From positions 8,555-72,554 of the IMG/VR virus record IMGVR_UViG_3300020204_000022: a stretch of DNA of 64,000 nucleotides, one strand, 5' to 3'. Under the pieces are notes generated by a model. The model saw nothing but the letters and a program-made list of their open reading frames with translations, searched no databases and was not told where the DNA came from. Of the stretch, positions 48,623 through 56,798 are shown piece after piece. Position numbers and translations under genes: made by a program. The DNA comes from a virus. Positions within the stretch are counted from its first letter, which is position 1; each line of letters begins with the position of its first letter.

Positions 48623-49636
48623 ATGAGACATCTCGTTCCCTTTCGGGTTTACGAATCTAAAAATACTTCTGGTTTGACTTCAGAACAGAAGGATTTTCTG
48701 AATCGTTACACACAAGGAACCTGGAGCGTGAATCCAACAACAGGTCTTGTTGACATTCAGGGGAAATTCTTTTTTAGAACCTACATTAACAAAGAAGCAA
48801 AAAGTTTTTTTGGAGTCAAATTTGGAAATGTAACTGAGGATTTTGATTGTTTGTACACTCAACTCGAATCTCTTGAAGGAGCACCACAGAAAGTTGATGG
48901 GAATTTTGTATGTTCCGACAACGGACTCCAATCCCTGGCAGGAGCCCCGCAGAAAGTTTTTGGAGATTTTAATTGTTCCGACAACGGACTCCAATCCCTG
49001 GCAGGAGCACCACAGGAAGTTGGTGGGGATTTTAATTGTTCCTTCAACCAACTCCAATCCCTGGAAGGAGCACCACGGAAAATTGATGGGGATTTTGATT
49101 GTTCCTACAACCAACTCCAATCCCTGGCAGGAGCCCCGCAGAAAGTTTTTGGAGATTTTAATTGTTCCGACAACGGACTCCAATCCCTGGCAGGAGCACC
49201 ACAGAAGGTTGATGGGTATTTTCGTTGTTATGAAAACCAACTCCAATCGCTAGAAGGAGCACCACTGAAAGTTGGTGGGGATTTTTTTTGTTACGGCAAC
49301 AAACTCCAATCCCTGGCAGGAGCACCACAAGAAATTGGTGGTGAATTTCAGTGTGATGAATTCCAATTAGATCCGGGCGAATGGAACATGGATGGATGGC
49401 TGGAAGTTCTAGAAAATGGATCCGAAGAGGCAAAGAAACTAATTATAACACTTCCCTATTTGGATTCAAACTTCTGGAATTCCAAAATTTCCCAAAATCC
49501 CGAATCAACAATTATTGAACTTTCAGAATTTTGGGACGATTTGCCAGATGAGTTTAGAAATTCAATTCGAATTCCTTCAGATCTGAGGGACGATTTTGAG
49601 AACTTGTTGGAACTGGTGAGATCCGGGATCATGTGA
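48623..49636 (+). CDS. Leucine-rich-repeat-like paralog with leader-like MRHLVPFRVYE|SK
   Basis: Internal ATG 48623 preferred to the listed 48497, aligning with the paralog N-terminus; same 21-aa repeats and C-terminal domain. Confidence 0.7.
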   Translation: MRHLVPFRVYESKNTSGLTSEQKDFLNRYTQGTWSVNPTTGLVDIQGKFFFRTYINKEAKSFFGVKFGNVTEDFDCLYTQLESLEGAPQKVDGNFVCSDNGLQSLAGAPQKVFGDFNCSDNGLQSLAGAPQEVGGDFNCSFNQLQSLEGAPRKIDGDFDCSYNQLQSLAGAPQKVFGDFNCSDNGLQSLAGAPQKVDGYFRCYENQLQSLEGAPLKVGGDFFCYGNKLQSLAGAPQEIGGEFQCDEFQLDPGEWNMDGWLEVLENGSEEAKKLIITLPYLDSNFWNSKISQNPESTIIELSEFWDDLPDEFRNSIRIPSDLRDDFENLLELVRSGIM

Positions 49637-49644
49637 AATACGAA

Positions 49645-49652
49645 GATATATA
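49645..49652 (+). promoter_or_regulatory. Late-promoter-like GATATATA box
   Basis: 23 nt upstream of ATG 49668. Confidence 0.5.
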
Positions 49653-49667
49653 AAAAAAACAAAAAAA

Positions 49668-50012
49668 ATGAATACACATTTAAAAAAATTTACAACCTTC
49701 TTGAATGAAAACGAATTCCATAAAATCCCAGAAGAAGCTTTTTCCAAAATTTTAGAAGAAATGAAAAAATCTGGAAGAGTTGCAATAGATCTTTACACAA
49801 ATTTCCCTAAATTCCCTGAAGGGTTTTTAAACGGATTAAAGAAACAAGCTCAAAAAGAGGGTACAACTTTAGAAGGAATATTAGATGATAAGATAAAACA
49901 AGATCCTACTCTCTTATATTATTTGAACGACTTTCCAGAAATAAAACAACAAGTTCTGGATAGAACTGGGGAAGATGATTTGTCTGTCGTAGGCTTTCTT
50001 TTGGATAAATAA
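49668..50012 (+). CDS. Small protein with capsid-targeting-like leader MNTHLKKFTTFLNE|NE
   Basis: 114 aa ORF. Confidence 0.65.
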   Translation: MNTHLKKFTTFLNENEFHKIPEEAFSKILEEMKKSGRVAIDLYTNFPKFPEGFLNGLKKQAQKEGTTLEGILDDKIKQDPTLLYYLNDFPEIKQQVLDRTGEDDLSVVGFLLDK

Positions 50013-50040
50013 TCAGAAATTATAGAATAGAAAACAGAAT

Positions 50041-50886
50041 ATGGAAATAAAAGAAAAACTTGTTTCAACCAAAAGAAAATTCAAATGTTTGGTTTATAGA
50101 GAAAAGGCTGGTCGAAGAAGTCCTTGGACATGTAATTTTTATATCGGTTGTTCTAATGGATGTACCTATTGTTGCTGCTCTTACATTTTGAAACATAATT
50201 GGGACACTAAGGTAAATTTGATTAGACATTTCGAAAACGAAGATCATGCTTTAAAAATTTTTGAAGGAGAGGTCAGAGAAAATTTAGAATCTCTCCGCTC
50301 TAGAGGTAGACTTTTTTTTTCTTTGACAACAGATGCCATGTTACCTGAAACCAAAGAATTAACATACGGGGCTATGAAAATTTGTCACGACTTAGATATT
50401 CCTTTCAAGGTTTTGACGAAGTGCACAAAGTGGGTTGATGATAAATTTATTCAGGAATTCAAAAATCATGGAACTGTGTGGGGACAGCAGCCAAAGATGG
50501 ATCTGTTCGCGTTCGGGTTTTCTCTAACTGGTCAAGATCAGGTTGAGATTGGAACAGATTCCAATGAAGAAAGAATACAGGCATTGATAAAAATAAACAA
50601 ATTAGGATTTAAAACCTTTGCGAGTTTCGAGCCTGTTATCGATTTCAATTCAACTTTGAATATGATTTCAAAATCTCATGAACATATAGATTTTATGAGG
50701 GTCGGTTTACTGAACGGCCCCACCCGAAATAAGAACATAAATTTGGAAGCAATGGAAAACTTTTTTTCGAGTGTCATGAATAAAATTGGGGATGTCCCAG
50801 TTTATTGGGGAGATTCAATTTTAATTGGTTTAGGTAAGAGAAGAGAAGATCTTCCTGGAAATTGTGTTGTTGAAGAAATTTTCTGA
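50041..50886 (+). CDS. Radical SAM protein, spore-photoproduct-lyase-like
   Basis: FYIGCSNGCTYCCC (CxxxCxxC) and C-terminal TIM-barrel-like strands. Confidence 0.7.
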   Translation: MEIKEKLVSTKRKFKCLVYREKAGRRSPWTCNFYIGCSNGCTYCCCSYILKHNWDTKVNLIRHFENEDHALKIFEGEVRENLESLRSRGRLFFSLTTDAMLPETKELTYGAMKICHDLDIPFKVLTKCTKWVDDKFIQEFKNHGTVWGQQPKMDLFAFGFSLTGQDQVEIGTDSNEERIQALIKINKLGFKTFASFEPVIDFNSTLNMISKSHEHIDFMRVGLLNGPTRNKNINLEAMENFFSSVMNKIGDVPVYWGDSILIGLGKRREDLPGNCVVEEIF

Positions 50887-51458
50887 TGTCAAAGGTAGAA
50901 TTGATGTACGATGAAGCTCTCAAATGGAAATCTTTTGGGATTGATTCTTTCGTAATGAGGGTAGAAGCCGAATTGGGAAGTAAGAAACTTTCCAAAAAAT
51001 TCGTGAAGTTGAATTCAGAAATGTTACTTTCTAAAGAAAATATTCCAAGCGACGTTAATTTCTTTGGAATTTTTCTTCAAAATTCTGATTTAATTTGTTT
51101 GGATATAGAACATCTCCCATCCGGTTCTGTCCAAAATTTCTTTTTCTTTTTGGAAAGAGTGGGATTAAATCCAGACACATTTCTGATTGAAAATTCACTG
51201 AATGGAGGACTCCATATTTTCTTTAGAAATACAGGAACCAAATTAGAAACCAAACATTTTTTGCAATATGATGGGATAGGGTTCGATGTTCTGACTAAAG
51301 ATAGAGTTTTTACCTCTCCATCTTTCTTTAAATCCAAAAAATATGAATGGTGGAACGGAGGTATAAAAGAGTTTACATCAAAAGAAGATATCCCTATTAT
51401 TCCTTTACCTCTTTTAGAGATGATACAGAAATCTGAGTGTTGGAAAATCAAAAAATAA
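50886..51458 (+). CDS. AEP/PrimPol-like domain protein
   Basis: GIFLQNSDLICLDIEHLP...TFLIENSLNGGLHIFFRN; 1-nt overlap with the radical SAM gene. Confidence 0.55.
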   Translation: MSKVELMYDEALKWKSFGIDSFVMRVEAELGSKKLSKKFVKLNSEMLLSKENIPSDVNFFGIFLQNSDLICLDIEHLPSGSVQNFFFFLERVGLNPDTFLIENSLNGGLHIFFRNTGTKLETKHFLQYDGIGFDVLTKDRVFTSPSFFKSKKYEWWNGGIKEFTSKEDIPIIPLPLLEMIQKSECWKIKK

Positions 51459-51477
51459 AATTTTGAATTATTTCTAA

Positions 51478-51485
51478 GATATATA
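51478..51485 (+). promoter_or_regulatory. Late-promoter-like GATATATA box
   Basis: 22 nt upstream of ATG 51500. Confidence 0.5.
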
Positions 51486-51499
51486 AAAAAATTGAAAAA

Positions 51500-53143
51500 A
51501 TGTTAACTTACATACATAACTTTTCAAATTGGAAAAATTACAAATCCGAAGGATATCTTGTTGAAAATGTAGATGCAGCAAAGTCTTTCATGGTGAAGAA
51601 ACTAGCCAGGGAAAAAGAAATAGCACCATCTGATTTGTCACCTGAGGATAAAAAAAAGGCCTTAGAAAACAAACAGTTTCTCGAAATTATGGATTTAGTA
51701 AAAGACATGACAGGTTATGCACTTCCCATGGTTAAATTTCATTTCGACCAAGAAATTCCTATTGGATTTCGGAATGAAATTAACAATTTCGATCCAGAAA
51801 AATTCTTCGGAGATGACGAGCAAAACCGAAGAGAAATAAGTAACATTAGCCAACTTCTTGGTTGGCTGAAAACGAGAAAAGTTTTGATCGAGAGATTGCC
51901 TATGTCAGTAGATCAGTATGCTTCTCGACCGACAGAACCAGGTCAAATCAATGGATTTGAATCACTAGCAGATGCAATTAGAACTGTGGAATTGAACCAA
52001 AAAGGAAAATATTTTATAGACAGATTAACCGAAAAATACAAAAAACAATTCAAACAGCTCTCCCCAGAAAAACAACAGGCTTTATACGACATAGGAAATT
52101 CTTTCAGAAAATTCGATATGGAAGCAGCAGCAATTGGAAAGGAAAAAAAAGAATTTCCATCGAATTCTTTCATTTCAAAAATCAAAGCATATGAAAAAGT
52201 AGTAGATATCGAAGGTTTTATTCTAAAAGCTCAAGCTAATTTGAAATCTCTGAATAATGCATCTTATCAAGATATCATAGAAAAAATCAGATCTCTTTCA
52301 CCCCAGGTTGGAATTGTATATGACGAACCCCCCTATTTGGTTTTGTCTTGTAGAACAGAACAAGCACAGATAGATTTATGTTCTATAGCCAACTGGTGTA
52401 TAAATAATGGTAGATGGGGTTCATATGCAGGAAACGTAAACAATCCGGGGATCCAAATCAACATTTTCAATCTTGATTTGCCTGTATCTGATGTTCATTA
52501 TTTAACTGGAACTACTATTACATACGATGGAAGAGTTACTCATTCTTCTGATAAAAACAATAATAATATCTTTCATGCAGATTCAAGAAAATCCATATAC
52601 GACCATTTCAAAGGTTTAGGTTACCCAGAAGATCTTTGTAAAACTTTAGAGTACGTAATTCCGATTGAAATCATGACGAAAAAAACTTTAGAGAAAATAA
52701 AAGCAATTGGTAAAAAAAGTGCCAATAAAAACAATGCTCTGGGAAAAGCTCTATGGGATGTTGCAGGGCAAAAATTAGATAGGATGATTTTACAAGAAGA
52801 ATGGAACGGAATTTTAGACGTTGTTGCCGAAGTACTTCAATCAGAGGACGGACAATTATTTAATTCTCTTAAAAAAATATATTTAGAAGCTGGGGTTCAT
52901 AGTTTAGCATCTTTATCTATTTTTGAACAATTCATTTTTCCAAAACTAACACAAGATGAAAAGCAACAAGTTTTGGTAGCAACTGATAAAATTTTTAAAC
53001 AGTTCCAAGGCCTACAAAGAATATGGAAAAATACAGGGATTAATCAATCCCAAGATGAAATCCAAATTAAGTTAGAAACTACTTTAGCATTGTTAGATCA
53101 TGAAAAAGAAGTAAAAGATTCTCTGAAAATATTGATCGGGTGA
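51500..53143 (+). CDS. Large hypothetical protein, paralog A
   Basis: 547 aa; leader-like MLTYIHNFSNWKNYKSE|GYLVEN; near-identical over long stretches to the next ORF. Confidence 0.75.
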   Translation: MLTYIHNFSNWKNYKSEGYLVENVDAAKSFMVKKLAREKEIAPSDLSPEDKKKALENKQFLEIMDLVKDMTGYALPMVKFHFDQEIPIGFRNEINNFDPEKFFGDDEQNRREISNISQLLGWLKTRKVLIERLPMSVDQYASRPTEPGQINGFESLADAIRTVELNQKGKYFIDRLTEKYKKQFKQLSPEKQQALYDIGNSFRKFDMEAAAIGKEKKEFPSNSFISKIKAYEKVVDIEGFILKAQANLKSLNNASYQDIIEKIRSLSPQVGIVYDEPPYLVLSCRTEQAQIDLCSIANWCINNGRWGSYAGNVNNPGIQINIFNLDLPVSDVHYLTGTTITYDGRVTHSSDKNNNNIFHADSRKSIYDHFKGLGYPEDLCKTLEYVIPIEIMTKKTLEKIKAIGKKSANKNNALGKALWDVAGQKLDRMILQEEWNGILDVVAEVLQSEDGQLFNSLKKIYLEAGVHSLASLSIFEQFIFPKLTQDEKQQVLVATDKIFKQFQGLQRIWKNTGINQSQDEIQIKLETTLALLDHEKEVKDSLKILIG

Positions 53144-53164
53144 TAGAAAATAATACATATAAAT

Positions 53165-54823
53165 ATGTTAACTTACATACATAACTTTTCGAATTGGAAA
53201 AATTACAAAACAGAGGGATATCTCGTTGAAAATGTAGATGCAGCAAAGTCTTTCATGGTGAAGAGACTAGCCCGGGGGAAAGAAATAGCACCAGCTGATT
53301 TAACAGAAGAGGATAAAAAAAAGGCCCTGGAAAACAAACAGTTTCTCGAAATTATGGAGCTGACAAAAGACATGACAGGTTATGCACTTCCCATGGTTAA
53401 ATTTCATTTCAACCAGGAAATTCCCATCGGATTTCGGAATGAAATCAACAATTTCGATTCAGAAAAATTTTTCGGAGATGACGAGCAAAATCAAAGAGAA
53501 ATAAGTAGCATCAGTCAACTTCTTGGTTGGCTAAAAACTAGAAAAGTTTTGATCGAAAGATTGCCTATGTCAGTAGATCAGTATGCTTCTAGACCGACAG
53601 AACAAGGTCAGATTACTGGATTTGAATCACTAGCAGATGCAATTAGAACTGTGGAATTGAACCAAAAAGGAAAATATTTTATAGACAGATTAACCGAAAA
53701 ATACAAAAAACAATTCAAACAGCTCTCCCCAGAAAAACAACAGGCTTTATACGACTTAGGAAATTCTTTCAGAAAATTCGATATGGAAGCCGCAAAAATT
53801 GGCACCTACAAAGATAAATTGCCATCAAACGTTTTCCTACAAAAACTCAAAGCCTATGAACGAGAAGTAGATATTGAAGGTTTCATTCTAAAAGCTGAAA
53901 ACACTCTAAAAGCTCTCAATGATTCATCTTATCAAGAAATTATAGAAAAAATCAGATCTCTTTCACCCCAGGTTGGAATTGTATATGACGAACCCCCCTA
54001 TTTGGTTTTGTCTTGTAGAACAGAACAAGCACAAAAAGATTTATGTGCTATAGCCAACTGGTGTATAAATAGAGGCTATTGGGGTTCATATGCAGGAAAC
54101 CAAAGTGATCCAGGACTCCAAATCAACATTTTCAATCTTGATTTGCCTGTATCTGATGTTTATTATCTCACTGGAACTACTATCAAATATAATGGAAGAG
54201 TTACTGCTTCACATGATAAAAATGACCGTAGAATTATGCATCAAAATTCAGAAAAATCCATATACCACCATTTTAAAGGTTTAGGTTACCCAGAAGATCT
54301 TTGTAAAACTTTAGAGTACGTAATTCCGATTGAAATCATGACGAAAAAAACTTTAGAGAAAATAAAAGCAATTGGTAAAAAAAGTGCCAATAAAAACAAT
54401 GTATTGGGAAGAGCTCTATGGGATGTTGCAGGGCAAAATTTGGGTGGGAATATTTCACAAGAAGAATGGAACGGCATTTTAGGAGTTGTTACTGAAGTAC
54501 TCGAATCCGAGAACGGACAATTATTGAATTCTCTTAAAGAAGTATATTTAAAATCCGGAGTTCACAGTTTAGCATCTTTATCTATTTTTAAAGAATTCAT
54601 TTTGCCCAAATTAACACCAGATGAAAAGCTAGAAATATTGGAATCAACAGATAAAGTTTTTGCCCTAATACAAAAAGCAAAAGAGAGATTTGGAGAAACC
54701 TCACAAAATAAACAAAGTACAGGGGAAAGCGATGAAACCAGACAAAGAGTGGAGGCAGTTATAGCCTTGGCAAAGGATGAAGATGAAGTGAAAGATTCCG
54801 TTACAAGATTGGTGGGGTTATAA
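53165..54823 (+). CDS. Large hypothetical protein, paralog B
   Basis: 552 aa; MLTYIHNFSNWKNYKTE|GYLVENVDAAKSFMVKR... Confidence 0.75.
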   Translation: MLTYIHNFSNWKNYKTEGYLVENVDAAKSFMVKRLARGKEIAPADLTEEDKKKALENKQFLEIMELTKDMTGYALPMVKFHFNQEIPIGFRNEINNFDSEKFFGDDEQNQREISSISQLLGWLKTRKVLIERLPMSVDQYASRPTEQGQITGFESLADAIRTVELNQKGKYFIDRLTEKYKKQFKQLSPEKQQALYDLGNSFRKFDMEAAKIGTYKDKLPSNVFLQKLKAYEREVDIEGFILKAENTLKALNDSSYQEIIEKIRSLSPQVGIVYDEPPYLVLSCRTEQAQKDLCAIANWCINRGYWGSYAGNQSDPGLQINIFNLDLPVSDVYYLTGTTIKYNGRVTASHDKNDRRIMHQNSEKSIYHHFKGLGYPEDLCKTLEYVIPIEIMTKKTLEKIKAIGKKSANKNNVLGRALWDVAGQNLGGNISQEEWNGILGVVTEVLESENGQLLNSLKEVYLKSGVHSLASLSIFKEFILPKLTPDEKLEILESTDKVFALIQKAKERFGETSQNKQSTGESDETRQRVEAVIALAKDEDEVKDSVTRLVGL

Positions 54824-54873
54824 ACGGTAAAAAGGTAATTAATACGATTTATAAATTGTCCAAAGGAATAAGT

Positions 54874-55479
54874 TTACAATATTTGACTTGCTAACAATTC
54901 AGCCATAGAGGTTGAACCAGTTCTTTCTATATCTTGTGACATCATTTGATAAATTTTCGGACCCATATTTTCATTTCCCCTTATTCTTCTTTCTTCAAAC
55001 CTAACAAAATTTCCGAAACCATAATCAGTGAGAGTTTCTAAAGCAAATGTGTTTGCATCTTCTTCTAGAATTCTATAATTTGTTAAAAATTGTTGTTCAT
55101 TTCCATCCACAACTGTTTGAAAATATTGAGGCTCAAATATTCCATCGGAATATTGATCACAGTGTCTTGATTCGTGTAAGGCTATGAATGCTTTTATATG
55201 AGGAGGTCCTAAAGCTTTGCTATTTATACAAACGTCTTCTCCGTAAAAAAATACTCCTAATATTGGAAATTGGGTTTCGAATGGGAAAAAATGGATTTTG
55301 AAATTTGGTCTTTCCTGTGTCCAAAGTTCTGTGTATCTTTCCCCCTCATTTTCATTTAAACCTATTCTTCTTGTGAATTCCGAAATGTCTATAGCAGGTG
55401 GTAATGAAGAAAGAATTTCAAATTCTTGACTTGATTCGTTGATTTTGTTGAATGATAGGTAATTTCTAACGTGTTTCAT
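54874..55479 (-). CDS. Putative zinc metallopeptidase with leader MKHVRNYLSFNKINE|SS
   Basis: FIALHESRHCDQ (HExxH) and downstream EEDANTFALETL; internal ATG (CAT at 55477-55479) preferred to 55575. Confidence 0.6.
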   Translation of the reverse strand: MKHVRNYLSFNKINESSQEFEILSSLPPAIDISEFTRRIGLNENEGERYTELWTQERPNFKIHFFPFETQFPILGVFFYGEDVCINSKALGPPHIKAFIALHESRHCDQYSDGIFEPQYFQTVVDGNEQQFLTNYRILEEDANTFALETLTDYGFGNFVRFEERRIRGNENMGPKIYQMMSQDIERTGSTSMAELLASQIL

Positions 55480-55490
55480 GTTTGAAAATT

Positions 55491-55769
55491 TTATTCCCAG
55501 TCTATATCTACTGCTCCTGCAAATCCAGATCCATGTTGCATTTGTGCTCCTCTTTGTTCTGTTGGCATGAGCCAATCCAATTTGTCAGCCGCTGTTGCTA
55601 AATTTAGTAGGCAATCGGCCAATTCTTTACCTTTCTCTTCTCCGAGAATCCTATTCAGCTCTTGTTTAACTTCTGGCATGACCAAAATTCTTTTGGTGTT
55701 TTTAGCCTCCCCTTGTTGGATAAGATTAATCATTTTTCTTTTTTCAATCTCGGTCATCAATTTTTTCAT
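55491..55769 (-). CDS. Small hypothetical protein
   Basis: 92 aa ORF in the minus-strand operon. Confidence 0.55.
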   Translation of the reverse strand: MKKLMTEIEKRKMINLIQQGEAKNTKRILVMPEVKQELNRILGEEKGKELADCLLNLATAADKLDWLMPTEQRGAQMQHGSGFAGAVDIDWE

Positions 55770-56791
55770 GTCATCGGGTTATTTTTCAAGAAATCTAGTA
55801 CTTGTTTCAAAGTTGCAAAATCATTTTCTTCTTTAGCTTTTCTTACAATTTCTTTCAATTGTTCTCGATTCATTGTAGAGAAATTTCTTGGGATTTCTTC
55901 CCCTTTTTCGGCAGCAAGATATTCATCATAAGCCTCCTGTTTCTTTCTATACTCTTCTTCCTGTGCTTGATATTCATATTCTTGTTTTAACCATAAATCT
56001 CTTTCTCCTACTCTTTCAATTACAACATCGATTAGTTCATCAATTTGTTTTCTGGCGGTTGGAGTTTTATCCAAAATACCAGACATCAAATTTAAAAACT
56101 CTTCTGAGGGTAGAACTTGTGGATTGATCATGTATCTCCAAAGTTCTTCAGCGAGGTTGTCGTAAATTTCAACTTTGGGGTTTACAAAAATAAAATCTTT
56201 CAGATCTTTTGCTACTTCAGGTCCATATCTCCATTCATCAGGTTCATCAGAAAGCCTAAATTGTGATTCGACTGCTGCATCGAGTTCTCTGTCCCCAGAC
56301 TCAGCATTCTGTGACAAAGCCCTCCAAATTCCCTTCACAGTTTCGTGGATCAACATTGAAAAATCCGCTCCTCTTGCCCTAATAACAGCTCTTGTTTTCC
56401 CTGGAGGTGGACCTTCGTTGGCATCTGTCTTCCTGAAGCCCGAATCGATAAATCTTCTCATTTCTGGACCTGTTGACATTTTTATGTCCAACTTTATGTC
56501 ATAAAAATCCAAAATGGGTTTATATAACTTGGTAATTACTCGTGTGGCTAAATCTTCCAATTCCTTTTCGTGACCCCGAGAAAGTTGCTCAGATCTAGAA
56601 AAATTATACATCATTTCCGAACCTGCTTGTCCTGCTCCGTATCCCCCCTCTGGCTGATTGGCTATATCTAATCTCGTCTTGGCCCTCTGAGTAATTGAAT
56701 CCAAATAACCCTTAGGAATTGAAGTCATGTCCTTTACCCTAACTGCTTCGTTAAATGACAAGAAAGAATAAATTCTATTTGTTTTTGACAT
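55766..56791 (-). CDS. Hypothetical protein with leader-like MSKTNRIYSFLSFNE|AV
   Basis: 341 aa; ATGA-type overlap with the downstream gene; coiled-coil C-terminus. Confidence 0.65.
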   Translation of the reverse strand: MSKTNRIYSFLSFNEAVRVKDMTSIPKGYLDSITQRAKTRLDIANQPEGGYGAGQAGSEMMYNFSRSEQLSRGHEKELEDLATRVITKLYKPILDFYDIKLDIKMSTGPEMRRFIDSGFRKTDANEGPPPGKTRAVIRARGADFSMLIHETVKGIWRALSQNAESGDRELDAAVESQFRLSDEPDEWRYGPEVAKDLKDFIFVNPKVEIYDNLAEELWRYMINPQVLPSEEFLNLMSGILDKTPTARKQIDELIDVVIERVGERDLWLKQEYEYQAQEEEYRKKQEAYDEYLAAEKGEEIPRNFSTMNREQLKEIVRKAKEENDFATLKQVLDFLKNNPMT

Positions 56792-56798
56792 CTGTTTT

